Part shown: positions 40,672 to 55,266 of the stretch, in pieces | Position numbering within the stretch: position 1 is the first letter of the stretch | Layout: every line of letters begins with the position of its first letter | Assembly (NCBI GenBank): GCA_012295275.1 | Contig: CM022678.1 | Coordinates: 16,492,001-16,556,000 of the forward strand | Reading direction: 5' to 3' | Length of the DNA stretch: 64,000 bases | Origin: Chrysomallon squamiferum | Taxonomy: Eukaryota; Animalia; Mollusca | Made by a program: the position numbers and the translations under genes | The notes under the pieces: generated by a model | Told to the model about the DNA's origin: nothing | Database searches by the model: none | The model's input: the letters and a program-made list of their open reading frames with translations, nothing else

Positions 40672-41200
40672 TTCTGTTATTAGTTTTCCAAGCAATACGT
40701 AGGCTGCAAGGTAATTATTCGCATGCTGCTATTCCATGTCTAATAAATCAGCTCTCAAGGACGACTGGTTCTCTATTATGACAGTTATTTTGGAACCTGT
40801 TGCAGACGACAAAATATCAGCCGAGGCCTGGGGGGCGGAGAGCGAGAACGCGGAAGCCGTTCAGGGAGAAATAAATTATCACGCTACTGCTTCTGTCGAA
40901 ATATTTCATACAGCTATGCGATAAATACTCCCTGAGAACGATATAAATAATAGCATTATTTATAACCATAGAAATAGACGCGTGGGTGATAATTAATAGT
41001 TCAAAGGTCAATACGACCTAAAACGGAGATTACCGATCAAGACTACGAAGGCCAAATGATCACGAAGACAGATAATTGCGTTCAAAATCAAATTTTTTAA
41101 CTTCTTTCAGGCACGAATCCAGAATTTTGTTACAGAGGAAAACTTTAGCGTTTGAAGATCCATAATATAAGAAAGAGATAACTGTCTTAGTGAATTTTTA

Positions 41201-41237
<37 letters not shown>

Positions 41238-42722
41238 TCACTTATAAAACATTTTAATTCCTTCTGGTATTTTACTTTCAGAATTAAAACATTTACATTT
41301 GTTGTGTTATTTTTCCATGCGTTTGAATAAAATGAACTGATAAAAATAAATAACAAAAAATAAAAATAAAAAAAAGAAAGAAAGAAAAGAAAGAAGAGAA
41401 GAAGGAAGAGAGAGGAAGAAGAAAAGAAGAAAAAGAAAGAACGAAAAACGAAATAGAAAGAGAAAGAAAAAAGTAACTCGAATAAAAAAAAAACACATAA
41501 ACAAATGTCTTATTAGCTAAGACAGCAATAAACATTATGATTATAACGATAATGATCTTGATGATAATAAAATAATACTGAAAGTACGTGCAATAACCGT
41601 ATAATGTTTTATTTGTATCGAGAGTAGAAATTAATTTTATTTCATATTTTTTCTTTCATTCTTCTGTTTTACATTTCTTTTATTACTATTTTATTTTTCA
41701 GATTTCTCGTTTTACCTGTTATTTTTCATTTCCTTCTTCTTTAATTCTTTCTTCTTTCATTCGTTTTGATGTTTCTGTTTTCTTTAATCTTTACTCACTT
41801 ACTTGAAGATGATAAACATTTCCTGTTTACCGAACTATCGGTTACCGTATTATTGTAATGAAACTCATTTCATCTACGCCATCATAGGTATTTAGTTTAT
41901 AAATGAATCAGAAGCATTTTTCTGTGGTTACTGGAACATCAAAGACAATTTCCCCTAGCATATCGCTGTGATTTTTTTTGTTTTTTTGTTGGAATTAAAT
42001 CTTTCAGATTTCTCGTTTTGTTTGTTTATTTTCATTCTTTCTTTTTCCCTTTGCTTTCGTTCTTTCTTTCTTTTTTTCTTCCATTTATTTTTCTTATAGT
42101 TCGTTCTTTCCTTTTCATTCCTAAATTCTTCTTTCGCTTCATTTCTATGCTTTTTAATTCAGTTATTCTTTCTTTCATTCTCTTTATAATTTCTTTCTTA
42201 TTTATTTCTTCATTTTTTCTTCTTTTTTTTTCTTTCTGCCCTTTAGTTTAGAAATATTTTTAAAAATTTTATATCTTTCGTTATTTCTTTCTTTCTTTTA
42301 TTATTCCTTAATTCTTCTATCGCTTCATTAATTCTTTTTTCATTACTTCTTTCAATTATTTTTTTCTTTCATTCTCTTATTTCTTTCCCCCCTTTTTTTT
42401 TCAGTTTCATATTTAGTTGATAGAATATCGATTACCGTATTGTAGTAATAAAATGCTTGATGATCAAGGTAATAAAAAGATTCTGATTGCTTTATACGGA
42501 AACCAAATATCGTTATTACACTGTCAAAAGACGTAACACGCTGCTTATCCTTAACCCACGCGTGAACTGTAATTTTATTATTTTTTATTTTTATTATTAC
42601 TACCACTGCAACCTCTCCGTTTTCTGCGACATCATCATAATACGGCGACACGTAACATCGGTGTAGGCGAAAATTCATAACCGTATTTCATCGACACTGA
42701 TGTTTAACATTTCATATCCTTG

Positions 42723-42755
<33 letters not shown>

Positions 42756-43234
42756 TAATAATAATGATAATAATAATAATAATAATAATAGTAATAATAA
42801 TAATGAACTATATCCACGTTAAAGATGTAATTAAATTATATAATTATCGTATTAATCAGATTTACCCAGTAAACACTGGTTAAAAAAATTAAAAAAATAA
42901 AAATATATTATATTAGATGACAATGGAGTATTATTACATGTTTCGAAAATTCAGAAGTTCTACATCGCTGCTTTTCAACCTTTTTCATAGCCACTTAATA
43001 TGATCGATGACCACCTTTAAAAATGTTTGGTTCAATAATATCTGGAGTTACCATATTTTCATCAACCAAAGCCAGTACAAAACGAATCTGTATTCACTCT
43101 GACAGGTCCAAAACTTATCTACACATTTTTATTTCTTCCTCCTTCCAAGTCAAGCTGAAAAAACACTAAAACATACCCTCGCTCAAGAACGATCTGGCGA
43201 CCCTTTGCTTCAAAACCTATGTTCTAGATGGTCG

Positions 43235-43395
43235 ATGATAGCAAAAGGGAAACCAGCTTCTGCTACTCAACAAGTTACTTCTTTACGATTATCAACAAGG
43301 AACTTTTTATATACACAAGATACGTACCATAGCTTTTAATAATTATGACAAACAGATCTGGTTAGGTCCAGAAATAGCTCAAAGAGTCACTCAGA
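43235..43395 (-). mobile_element. Degenerate fragment of a gastropod-type tRNA-derived SINE (central conserved domain)
   Basis: gggaaaccagct...ttacttctttacgattatcaacaaggaactttttatatacac...taccatagctttt...agaaatagctcaaagagtcac is colinear with a mollusc SINE consensus I recall (ggaaacccgct...ctactctttccgattagcagcaagggttcttttatatgcac...taccacggccttt...gaaatagctcaatgggtccac). Recalled from memory, not searched. Confidence 0.5.
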
Positions 43396-43917
43396 GGAAA
43401 CTTCTGTATTAAAACTGATGTGAAATACAGAAAAAAAAAAAAAAAATGTAAAAAGAAAGAAAAAAAGATACTAACAGTAATTGGGACCAGACAAATCTAT
43501 GCTTCGTGCACTTTGCAGTCTAAAGGTCAAGGCGAAACAGAAAGAAAAAAAAAAAAAAATCTGATTGGTCCACGTCACTAAATTACGACTTTAACACAAA
43601 TGAGGTTGTCATCTGACAAAACAAAAACTATAATTTCGTTGGTTGCTAAGATAAACTTATCTATTCTCGTAGAAGAATATTAATTATACTATCGAGTAAT
43701 TGCGTTAAAGACAGCAGACAAGATTTCATGTTCCGGTGGCGCTATGTAAAAACTGATACAGTCCTCAACGTCACATATGTCACTTTTACCGAAACCGTGG
43801 CAAAGGCTAAGTAAAATAAATTTTGAGCAAATCACATTTTCTATATCATAATGATTTTCCATCAGCCGCTTCTGCTGGTATAACTGATACATGATTCCAC
43901 ATATAATTACATTATAA

Positions 43918-43960
<43 letters not shown>

Positions 43961-44084
43961 TTAAATAAATGAAAATTTACAAAAATAAAGTGGACCTTTC
44001 AGGCCGCCACATGATTTATTTTTGTCATTCTCAAAGTTGTTGGTTATTAAATTGTCTGATTTAAACGTGCTGTGAATCTTAAAG

Positions 44085-44221
<137 letters not shown>

Positions 44222-44224
44222 ATT

Positions 44225-44258
<34 letters not shown>

Positions 44259-44289
44259 GTGTGTGTGTCTCTCTGTTTTTTTTGTGTGT

Positions 44290-44368
<79 letters not shown>

Positions 44369-44827
44369 GCACACAAACACAACTGCGCTGCTTTACCGAT
44401 CTAAATATTTCATGACGTCACGTTACTTCGTATCGTTTGATTTCACACGATAATCAAGGCGATTCGAGATATTTTCACGTCATTAAAAGTAGCCATAGCA
44501 ACAGAGAGCTTTCGAAGAATTGTTTTTAGAAGTATGATTAATTTACACTCATCTAATTCGTTTACTTTTAGCTGCTGGTGTAAAACGCTGTTGACGTGAT
44601 ATGAGATGCACAAGGACCACAACGTCCGCCATTTTGATGGTGAAGAAGTACGATATGCTGCTGACTGTTAAAATAAGTGATTCTGAAGCAAACAAACATA
44701 ACAACAAATAACCAGTTAATATGATTCATATAATGATTATAATGATGACCTTGATGATTATGTTTATAATGATATAATGATCATTAAAAACAACAACCGG
44801 AGAGATAGACAGAATAAGAGTGAGGTC

Positions 44828-44910
<83 letters not shown>

Positions 44911-45154
44911 TGCCCCCTGTAATGAAGTTGATGTATGCACAGTTATTATTTTTGCAAGCGCGGTGTGGTTTAGGATTCTCTGATAATTTAAACGGTCGCT
45001 ATCTCCTTTTTAACAGAAGTCGACCGCCTCTGGTGTTCAGGGAGAAAGTAAATATAATTTCTGATTTAGTAATTTAGTTTGTTTTGCTATAGTACGACAG
45101 CTGGAACATCTATTATAAATATACGAGGAGAGAATGGAAGGGAAGAAGAGCGAG

Positions 45155-45248
<94 letters not shown>

Positions 45249-46381
45249 AAAATTAACTAAATTGCAAAGTAGAAGAAAAATAATAATTCAGGTACCGGTT
45301 TTCTGGCTGTACTTTTTCTGTGATTGTTCTTGTGCCCATCTTATTCATATTTGCAAAGCAAAACAGGTTAGGTTTGGAATAAAACATTCAAATGTCGTAA
45401 ACATTCAATCAGTTGTCGAAAGCAGACCCACAGTTGGCCTTATCGATTGAGCTAATCAAATGCAGCCTTAGGAGTGGTAAAAACGCGCTAAAAAGTCGCT
45501 CAGCCAATCCAAATTCGACACGCAGACGGAAACGAATATTTTACAAAAGAAGCCATTGCCGAAGAACGCTGGAAGCAATTTTCAGAAGATATATCGCTTG
45601 AAGGGGTTTAATTGGTGTGACAATATCACTCGGTACACGGACATAACCTGAATAAAATGAGAACATTAATTTTAAAAGTAGGAACTAGAGAAACGAAATC
45701 TGCGTAAAGTTTATGCGTCTTTTGTACTTGAGTTAAACACTTAACTACGTATTTTTTTTTTTTACTCTCCTTTCGATTTCAAAGTCGCTCGTTCTAGAAG
45801 GAACACTTTTTCTTAATTTTTTGTTTTGTATTTTATTGTGTAATATTAATTTATTATTCTTTTCAGTTTATTTATTGGACTTCTTCTTCTTCTTCTTCTC
45901 ATTGATATTGTAATATTATTGAAATTATTTTAAATTTATTGTCATTATGATCATCATTATATTTATTATTACTATTATCATTTTCATTATTATTATCATA
46001 TAGATATATTTTTCAGATCGAATTCTTTTTATTTATTTCTATAATTTAATAATAATCACAATCCTACCTGCTTAACTGTCTACCTGTCTGTCTGTCTGTC
46101 TCTCTGTATCCATCCATCAGTCTGTCATATTAGTTTTTCCATTCTCGTTTGTTTAATCTGTTTATCCACCTTGAAATTAGGTCTTCTGTCTGACTGTCCG
46201 TCCATCTATGCATGTATCAGTCAGTGAGTCAGTCAATCTGACATTGTATACGTATCAGTATAGCTGCAGTTTATTTATTTATTTGTTATATTTAATTTGA
46301 TTAATTGCAATAACTATTTATATACAAAAAAAGTAATTTCCTTATAATCAATAATATGTTCGAAACATTTTTTTAATTAAT

Positions 46382-46412
<31 letters not shown>

Positions 46413-46501
46413 TTTTGTTTTATTGGTTACGATAACTGTTCACAAAATCTCTTTATTAAAAAACGACATATTCGAAACTGCGTCTTCGTAATATCTTTGC
46501 T

Positions 46502-46562
<61 letters not shown>

Positions 46563-46658
46563 ACATAAACGTCTGCGTTTCAGGAAATATGAAATTGACA
46601 AAACAACATCTGCGTTCGAACAGTGAGCACGTGTCAAGGACTCGCTCAAGCAGACGAC

Positions 46659-46685
46659 TGCCCACGAGGTGGCGCCCTCTGGCAG
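46659..46685. promoter_or_regulatory. Candidate CTCF site(s)
   Basis: CCACGAGGTGGCGC on + overlaps TGCCAGAGGGCGC on -; both resemble the CCASYAGRKGGCRS core. Confidence 0.45.
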
Positions 46686-47439
46686 AATTTCTTTCCGACG
46701 CGTCGCACTCTCAATAAGAGAAAAAAAGATATTGTCAATATGTTTCTTAATTTCAAAATTTCCTGATAAGTGTACTCACGTTTCCATGTATCACTTCTTG
46801 TTTCGAACTGATGCAGTTTTTATATTAAATTTTCTTGCTTGTCAGTTTTTTAATATACATACATACATATATGCATATATGTATATTTAAAGAACATGTC
46901 AAACCAATATTTAATACTTTCTTCTTATTATCATAATCATCACCATCAACCTTATTATTATTGTTGTTGTTGTTGTTGTTGTTGTTTTTGATTAGATACA
47001 GTATTGTTGATATAACTGTTACCGATACACTTATAAACAACAACTAAAAAAATCAAGTAATAACATTAACAAACAGCGCAGACGGGGAAAAAATTAGTAC
47101 ACAGACACACACATTGCCTTACATTTCCAATAAAGTGCAGATCCAAAAACATTCAAATAATTTTATTAAACAGACAATATTATAAATGAAGAAAAATAAA
47201 ATGACAATGTAAAATACAGCACAATAACAGTCTCTCACTCGTCGTTTTAGTTTAGTAACAAGTTTGAGCACATTCTGATTTGAGCAGGTTTGAGTCAACT
47301 TCTCTTAATCTGGCGCTGATATAGTCATGATGAGATGATTCAAATTTAAAAAAAAAGAAAAGAAAATGATGTCGATAAAAGCGATGTGTTATTTTCTGAA
47401 AAATATGATACAACCAACATAGAGAGGAAGGTAGAGAAT

Positions 47440-47548
<109 letters not shown>

Positions 47549-48174
47549 TCTGTCCCTTTCTACGTACGCAGTGTTTCGATATTTGTATTATTGTTTTTGT
47601 CACTGCGTATGGGTATGTGTGCGTATGTAAATCATCATCTGAGTCAGGCACTTTATTATCTTTTCATTTAATTTTCATTTATGTTCGTTGTAATTAGTTT
47701 TAAAACAAACAATTTAACACTTATTTTTATTTATTATTATCATTACTTTTTTTTTTTTTAAATTTAATTATATTTTATTAGCAACTGCATTAATTAATTA
47801 ATTAATCTTTGTCAAATGTAAATATGATGAAAATGTGAAAGATGTAATCAAATGATCTAGGTCATATTTCATTATGACGTCATATGTTACGCAATATGTC
47901 TGTTATAATGTTTTTGATTGTTATAGTTATTGATTGTTATGATTATTATTATTGCAATGAATCGCTATGACGTCATTGTGGACTACCTATTTGGATAATA
48001 TAATGATTGGCCTTGTTAATAATATGAAACATAAAAAGGAAATTAAAAATGAATACATCAGACATGATATAATGTTGGACGTTTTGTGTCTTGATCACAG
48101 TAAATAATTTATAATAATAATAATAATATTAATAATAATTATAATATAGTAGGAATAGTAGTAACAATAATAAC

Positions 48175-48226
<52 letters not shown>

Positions 48227-48763
48227 TACGAATGACTGAATGAATAAATACTGGATATAAACAAAACTAAATAAAGATGAAAATAGAGAATACGTCCGAA
48301 ATAGAAATAAAGCCATATATATATATATATAGAAGCCGAAACAGACACACTATGTCAGTAAAACATGATTAAAACAAGAAGAAAAAAACATGATGTCAGA
48401 ACAGAGAATTATATTTTCAAAGACACAAACACTCACACAGAATCACAGAAATTGGAGAGAAAATAAAGGAAAGACGTGTGAACAAATATTAATATTAATA
48501 TTAGGAATTATAAATATCACAGAAGTTTTGTTGGCATTACGTAAGCTTAATATAAACACCATTTACATCGTTATATTGAGATTATTTATTTTCTTTATGT
48601 GGGCGTTATTATTATTATTATTATTATTGTAGAACATCGTTTATAGGTTTTGGACTGTTAATTTGTCTGTCTATAAAAAAAATAGATTTATTTTCTTAAA
48701 GAATTACATTAATGTAATTCATCATATGACATTAAAAATGTAAAGAAGTCGTAATTCGTACTG

Positions 48764-48849
<86 letters not shown>

Positions 48850-49509
48850 TTATGGTACAGTTAACATATTTTCACCGCTTCGATCAACGAACTGAATAAG
48901 AATTTGATTAAAAATATATCTACGATAAATATTTTAATAAATAATTATATGATATCCAGGTTGAAAATTAATGTAAAATTATGGAGTTAATGCATTAAGC
49001 AAGTGATACTGATTGTTAAAAATATTGTAATATAATCCAGATTAAAAAAACTGGCAGCATATATGATGATATCCATAACACAGATGAATGAAGTGTGCGA
49101 TCCACATGATAAAAACATGTAATAAATATTTAATATTCCAAGACTGAGCTCAGAGTGATAAATAAATATATGATGATCCAAACAAATTCAATGCAAGAAA
49201 GGTCTGATATCCAAAATAAAATATTGATTTCCAAAATAAAATAATGATATCCAAAATGATAACCAGAGTAAAAATTGGCTGATATCCAGGATCATTGTAA
49301 TTGGATATTAAGAAAACAAAATATGTTATCCTGATTCACATTTAAATTTTAACGTACACAATCCATAAAAAGAATACGCACAATGTGTTGTTTGAAATAT
49401 TCCTATAAATTAAGGAACTCTTATTATTATTATTATTATTATTATTATTCTCGTATGATTATATCGTCGTTATTTCAGGGGGTGTAGTATTAAATCCGCG
49501 ATGACGAGA

Positions 49510-50724
49510 TCAGACGCCGTTGTGGCTGTGGTACTGAATGTGGTGAAGTCGAAACGACTGCATGTTCACGGACCCCGCCGTGTGCACAGCCGTGTACTCC
49601 GAGTTTTTTGAAAACCCGTTTATCCGCTTCGCTTTCGTCGTCTTACAGACCACGTGGCAGAACACGCGCCTGAACTTCGTGCTGATGAGCGAGTACAGAA
49701 TGAAGTTTATCGACGCGTTGATCTGCACGAGCAGGTTCGTGCAGTTTCCCGCGATCCTCAGATCGTTTCTCATCTTGAGCGTCAGTTTAACCTCAGCTAG
49801 CTCGATGTAGCTGCTGTACAGGAGGAGAATGGCTCCTGGAATTTGACAGAGGAGAAAAACAAGCACAACGGTGATTAACATTTTAGTGATTTTCTGCTGC
49901 TCCCCAGCGTAGCGCGGACTCCTACAAGCGTTGCTGGAGGGAGAGGTCAAGGTCATTTGGCGTCTTATTTTCACCGCTTCGAACACGGACTGGATAAGAA
50001 TTCCGTTAAACACACACAAAAGAATAAGAGGAATGAACGTGAATACCGTCACAATGAACCAATAGTAGCCCATCTTGTATCCGTAAGTCTGGGCAAATTC
50101 GGTGTACACCGCCACCGGAAATGACGTGTTGTCTCTCATCTTCTCCACGACCTTCATCTCGAACAGCTCCGGCACGGTGCACACGATAGCAGCGGCTGCC
50201 ACGACGGCTATGATTATTTTCGCTCGTTGTACGGTGCAGAGTATTCTCCCTTTCATCGGCAGGCAGACGCCGATGTAGCGTTCGACGGTGAAGGTGACGG
50301 TCAGTAGCACAGAGACGTTGGCCGCCATGTCGGTGAAGACGCGGCAGTAAGGGAACCAGTAGGCGTAAGACGGAATGTGTTTGAAGGTCGGGTAGTGGTG
50401 GAAGCTGAGCGTCAGGCTGAAAATCAAGTACAACGTGTCGAACGCCGCCAACGCCGTCAGGTAGCAGTTCGTCGACGACTTCATGCTGCGGCGCGTGAGG
50501 ATGACCATGTTGAGGAGGTTGCCGAGCACGCCGAGGCAGACGACGACGGGCACGAGGACCTTCTGGACGATGAACCGCGTGATCTCGAGGCCCTCGGCGT
50601 TGCTGGGAGACGCGTCGCGTGTGAGGTTGATTATCGTCTCGTTTTCGACGTAGGTGATGGTGTCGATGATGGAGAGCGCCGTGCTGGCGATGTCTGTGGA
50701 CAGCTGCTGGTTGACGTCATCCAT
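49510..50724 (-). CDS. Class A (rhodopsin-like) GPCR, FMRFamide/sex-peptide-receptor-like group; 404 aa, uninterrupted CDS
   Basis: Seven hydrophobic segments; GN in TM1, YLTALAAFD in TM2, TVERY in TM3, CQIP in TM6, NASINFILY in TM7; N-terminal N-glycosylation sequons; start in ACCATGG context. The ligand cannot be assigned from sequence. Confidence 0.93.
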   Translation of the reverse strand: MDDVNQQLSTDIASTALSIIDTITYVENETIINLTRDASPSNAEGLEITRFIVQKVLVPVVVCLGVLGNLLNMVILTRRSMKSSTNCYLTALAAFDTLYLIFSLTLSFHHYPTFKHIPSYAYWFPYCRVFTDMAANVSVLLTVTFTVERYIGVCLPMKGRILCTVQRAKIIIAVVAAAAIVCTVPELFEMKVVEKMRDNTSFPVAVYTEFAQTYGYKMGYYWFIVTVFTFIPLILLCVFNGILIQSVFEAVKIRRQMTLTSPSSNACRSPRYAGEQQKITKMLITVVLVFLLCQIPGAILLLYSSYIELAEVKLTLKMRNDLRIAGNCTNLLVQINASINFILYSLISTKFRRVFCHVVCKTTKAKRINGFSKNSEYTAVHTAGSVNMQSFRLHHIQYHSHNGV

Positions 50725-50771
50725 GGTGATGTGGTAGCATCCCAGATGGTGGTGGCGGTAGAGGTGTCGTC

Positions 50772-50790
50772 CTGTAATTTAACGTAAAAT
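50772..50790 (-). promoter_or_regulatory. Probable splice acceptor 47 nt upstream of the GPCR ATG, implying upstream exon(s)
   Basis: Minus strand reads ttttacgttaaattacag|gacgac, with an abrupt AT-to-GC compositional change at 50771. Confidence 0.6.
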
Positions 50791-51122
50791 ATTTCATCAC
50801 ACGTAAAGGTAGACACAGAGATTAACACTGGTATACAGATAAAGATTTTGTGACGCACGCACACACACACATGCTCTCTCAAACATTCACACACATACGC
50901 ACATACGCACTCTCACTCTCTCTCTCTCAAACAGACACACAAACACACACGTAATATATGTACATATAAACCAATAAAAAATCGAAAAGAACTAATAATA
51001 TATCCCTATATATAACTAATAAGAAGAAGAACAGCATGATGATGACGATGATGATGTCGATGACAATAACGAGTATCATCATTATTCTCAACATCCTTAT
51101 CAGGAGTAGAAGCAGCAGTATT

Positions 51123-51412
51123 AATCACTATCATCATCAACATTACATCTTAGTCACTGTCATCATCAACATTACATCTTAGTCACTGTCATCATCAACA
51201 TTACATCTTAGTCACTGTCATCATCAACATTACATCTTAGTCACTATCATCATCAACATTACATCTTAGTCACTATCATCAACATTACATCTTAGTCACT
51301 ATCATCATCATCATTACATCTTAATCACTATCATCATCAACTAGACATTAGTCACTATCATCATCAACTAGACATTAGTCACTATCATCATCATCACCAT
51401 CGCCGTCACTAT
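51123..51412 (+). repeat. 29-nt minisatellite (about 10 copies)
   Basis: agtcact(g/a)tcatcatcaacattacatctt. Confidence 0.93.
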
Positions 51413-52387
51413 CTGTACAAGTCAGGAAAAAGAAAAGAAGGAAAAAAGAAACAGAAGAAAAAAAAGAAACAGAAGAAGAAAAAGAAACACCAACAATCAG
51501 ACATCAAAACTGAAAAAATAAAAAATAAAAAATAAAAAAATCGTTTACAAACTCGACAAAGAACTCAAAGACTAAGGAGTCCTCTTAGTGCAACAACACC
51601 TACGAGATGAAAAACAATTACGACAACACAGAAATCTCTAGCAGCAGACCGAGGCCACATACCGCGCAAAACAGCGCAGTAAATTAACACAGGAAAAAAC
51701 TACAACCTACAACATATTTTCCGATAAAGCAAAGTAAGGCGTTTCGCGAGTGATACGCTGTTACGCAATAAGGACTAAAACAGCCGATTACAGACACATT
51801 TCTCTCAACTCAACAAGCCCGTTTACCGTCGCCTGTATTTATCTTCCTTATTTATTTTCCTCCGCTGCCGTTGCGCATCTGTTCTGACTGGCACCATTAA
51901 AAAAAAAAGAAAAAAAAAGACTTTTGTGAAGAGAACCATTACGCAGGTATACATTTTTTTTTTTTTTTTTTTTTTTTGTGTGTTGTTTTTTTAATGACTG
52001 TCTGCGAGTGATTTGGAAAGCTGAAATTGCCAATTTGCTCTGACGATTTCAAATGTCAGATGGGATGAGTTATTGCAGATTGCGGCGGATGTGAATGGCT
52101 GCGCATGGAATTTGCAGCTTATCCGGAATAACCAAGTGTATCCAGATTGAGTACACACAGAAAAACACAACAACAAACAAAAATAAGCTTCTCCAGTAGC
52201 CCCCAACCGCCCCAAAACAAATGTACCTTAAAATAATGCTGATCGGAAATGACAGTCCCACTCTGAATCTCTCTTTCGACATTTTGGCACGACATTTTCA
52301 GTGGCGTTACCTACAGACTGTCCTTGACATTAAAACAGTAGTTAGATATCAGTTTTAATTTATCCATTGACTTTGACCTTATCATAA

Positions 52388-52418
<31 letters not shown>

Positions 52419-53021
52419 ACAAATACATTTTAAAAGAAGAATAAATAAATCGAAAAATAAATCAGAAAAAAAGTAAATAAATAAAAAAGTAAGTAAGAAA
52501 GAAAGAAAGAAAGAAAGAAAAAAGAAAAGAAAGAAAAAGAACAAAAAATCAATCTAGAAAGGGCCATGTTGAGTATATTTGCTAACATCCCTCGCTATAA
52601 TCCCTGATACCCTGACAGAATCAGATCCTTCTACCAGTCAAACGTAACTCAAGTGGCTTAGCCAGCAGGGATCTGAGAGGAAAGTGTATTTTGTCTGATG
52701 AGAAATTAATGTTCTTCAGATACAGAAAAACTACAACAAAAAAAAAACTTTAAAAAACTTCTTAAATCTTTCTGACATTGAAAACCAGAACAGTCTAATG
52801 ATTGTGGTAATGATTATAATGAATACTGTGACGATAACTGAATTGGAAATGATGATAATAATGATGATGACTGCGATGATGATGATGATGATGATTATAA
52901 TGATTATAGTGATAACGCAATGATGTAGATGATGACGTTGTTGCATATAAAATGACATCATTATTTTTGTTTGGTTCGTTCCGCCGTTTCTTCAGCTCTA
53001 TTTTACTTCATGCATTTGTTT

Positions 53022-53070
<49 letters not shown>

Positions 53071-53107
53071 TTCTCTCTCTCTCACTCCCCTGTCTCTCTC
53101 TGTCTCT

Positions 53108-53168
<61 letters not shown>

Positions 53169-55166
53169 GTCTGTCTGCCTGTCTCTAATTGTATATTAAG
53201 CTTTTCTCCCCACAAGCACTCTGATACTGCTTATATTCGACATGAAAGAGTTATCTTATTTAATCTTTATAAATCAGCCAGACCGTATGACATTTACGTA
53301 TCTTCATTACTTTTCTTTTCACTCTGAGCATATTTATTTCTTCTTTTTTTTTCTCGATATGCTGGTGACAAAAACATCATAAATATCTCTCAGCTCTGCG
53401 TACCAGATGTAACTAAATTCAATTTCCTCTTTTTATATCCTGGACAATAATTAAATAATAAGCGCGGTGATCCGAACTAAACGGTGGAAATCAAGAAAGT
53501 GCAAAGAAGCCTTCCGGTTGTTTATTTTACAATCTCTAGATCAAATGGAAATCGATGAGCTGACAGTTTTGTAATTTTTACTAACATTTTTGTTATGTCA
53601 GAAATAATTTCGTGGATAAACTTAGGGGAAACCTTTTAATATTTGTTTCAACTGTCGATCAGCTGTTTTTTTTCCATTGGTTCAGTGAAAACTAAAATTG
53701 TACTAATGGTGGACAGATCATAAACCTTTGGTATCGCTTCGGTTTGAATTCATTTTCACTTCTGTTATCTTTATGCTACAAATATCATCTAAAATTATAA
53801 ATAATATGAGAAACAGTATTTGTGTGTGTGTGTGTGTTTGTGCGTGCGTGTCTATGTTTGTGTATGTGAATGCGTGTATACATTATGTATTTATGTGTGT
53901 GTGTGTGTGTGTACTATGTATGTATATATTTGTAGATATAAACATATGTGTGTATATGAGTATGTCTGTGCGTGTATCTATACTATCCATGTATCTATAA
54001 ATATATATATATATGAATGTATTTCAAGTTGTTTTTTAAGATAACTGATTATTTAAGTTTTCGATCAATATATTTTAGCAATATTCCAAGGACATGAAGG
54101 GCTGTTTTAAAATGGTTAATTTTTCAAGATGGCCTATCCACTGGTAGTCAAATACAGAGGTGATCAACTTTTAAGGTGCATTTATCTGTTCTAAACGCTG
54201 GAAGTTTAGCAATATATAAAAACATTATTGTTAAAACTGCTTTTTCAAAAAATAAAAATAAAATCATTTTGTCAATGCAAATAGATATATCGTTTCATAC
54301 CTCCCTCATTCCATCTAACGCAAAAAATTAATAAATTAAAAATAAAGGTAATAATAATTATAAAAATAAAAGTAAAATAAAACAAACAAATAAATAAAAA
54401 AAGAAGAAAAGAAAAAAAAAAATAATTAGAAGAAAATTAAGATAATAATAATAATAATGATGATGATGATGATGAAGATGATAATAATAATAATGATGAT
54501 GATGATAATGATGATGATGACAATAATAGTGATGATGATGATGATGATGATGATGATGAGATAATAATAAAATACCATATAGAATCTAGCAGCTCATCTA
54601 GTAACATTTTCCTTTTTTAACTTTCTAGGAAATAATTACCTCTTCAGTGTTACACCAAGCACATTCAAGGATGCCCCACCTTTAGGAACCCGCCATAACG
54701 AAAGCGTTGGCGTTAATAAGAAATGCTTGTGTTTTACTTAAGCCGCCAAAGCGCTGAAGCAAATTAAAATAATCTGTGATATTTTAGGACTGGAAGAAAA
54801 AAAAAAATCCTCTATTATCTTATTTGTACGGTGTCGTTATTTCAAGCAAAGCGTGTCATTCACGTTATTTCACATGTCACCAGATTTCACAGTAATGTAC
54901 AGTTAATTCCGCAGTCAATTCGTTATTTAAAATACACTTCTAGCGTAGAGCTTATTTAAAAGAATCTGTGTTCAAAAGATTATATTTTTGAGTGTACGTA
55001 TTTTGTTTTTTTTTTTTGTTTTTTTGTTTCTATTTAGTTCAAAGGAAGCTATTTTTATGTTTTGTTATTAGTATAAGCACACTTCTTTTTGACCTAGTGA
55101 GTGAGAGAGAGGGTGGGGGGGGGAGAGAGAGAGAGAGAGAGAGAGATGAACACAGAAATAAAGAGA

Positions 55167-55266
<100 letters not shown>

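Noticed and set aside
40736-40924. 62-aa ORF with protein-like composition in a GC-richer patch
   Set aside because: No recognisable homology, no clear flanking splice sites, no partner exons.
48950-49330. Recurring gatatcca motif in the GPCR 3' region
   Set aside because: Decayed ~19-nt tandem repeat with no evident structure or function.
49562-50894. ORFs 49562..49810 (+), 50377..50787 (+) and 50631..50894 (-) as separate genes
   Set aside because: Antisense or alternate-frame shadows of the GC-rich GPCR CDS with no recognisable domain.
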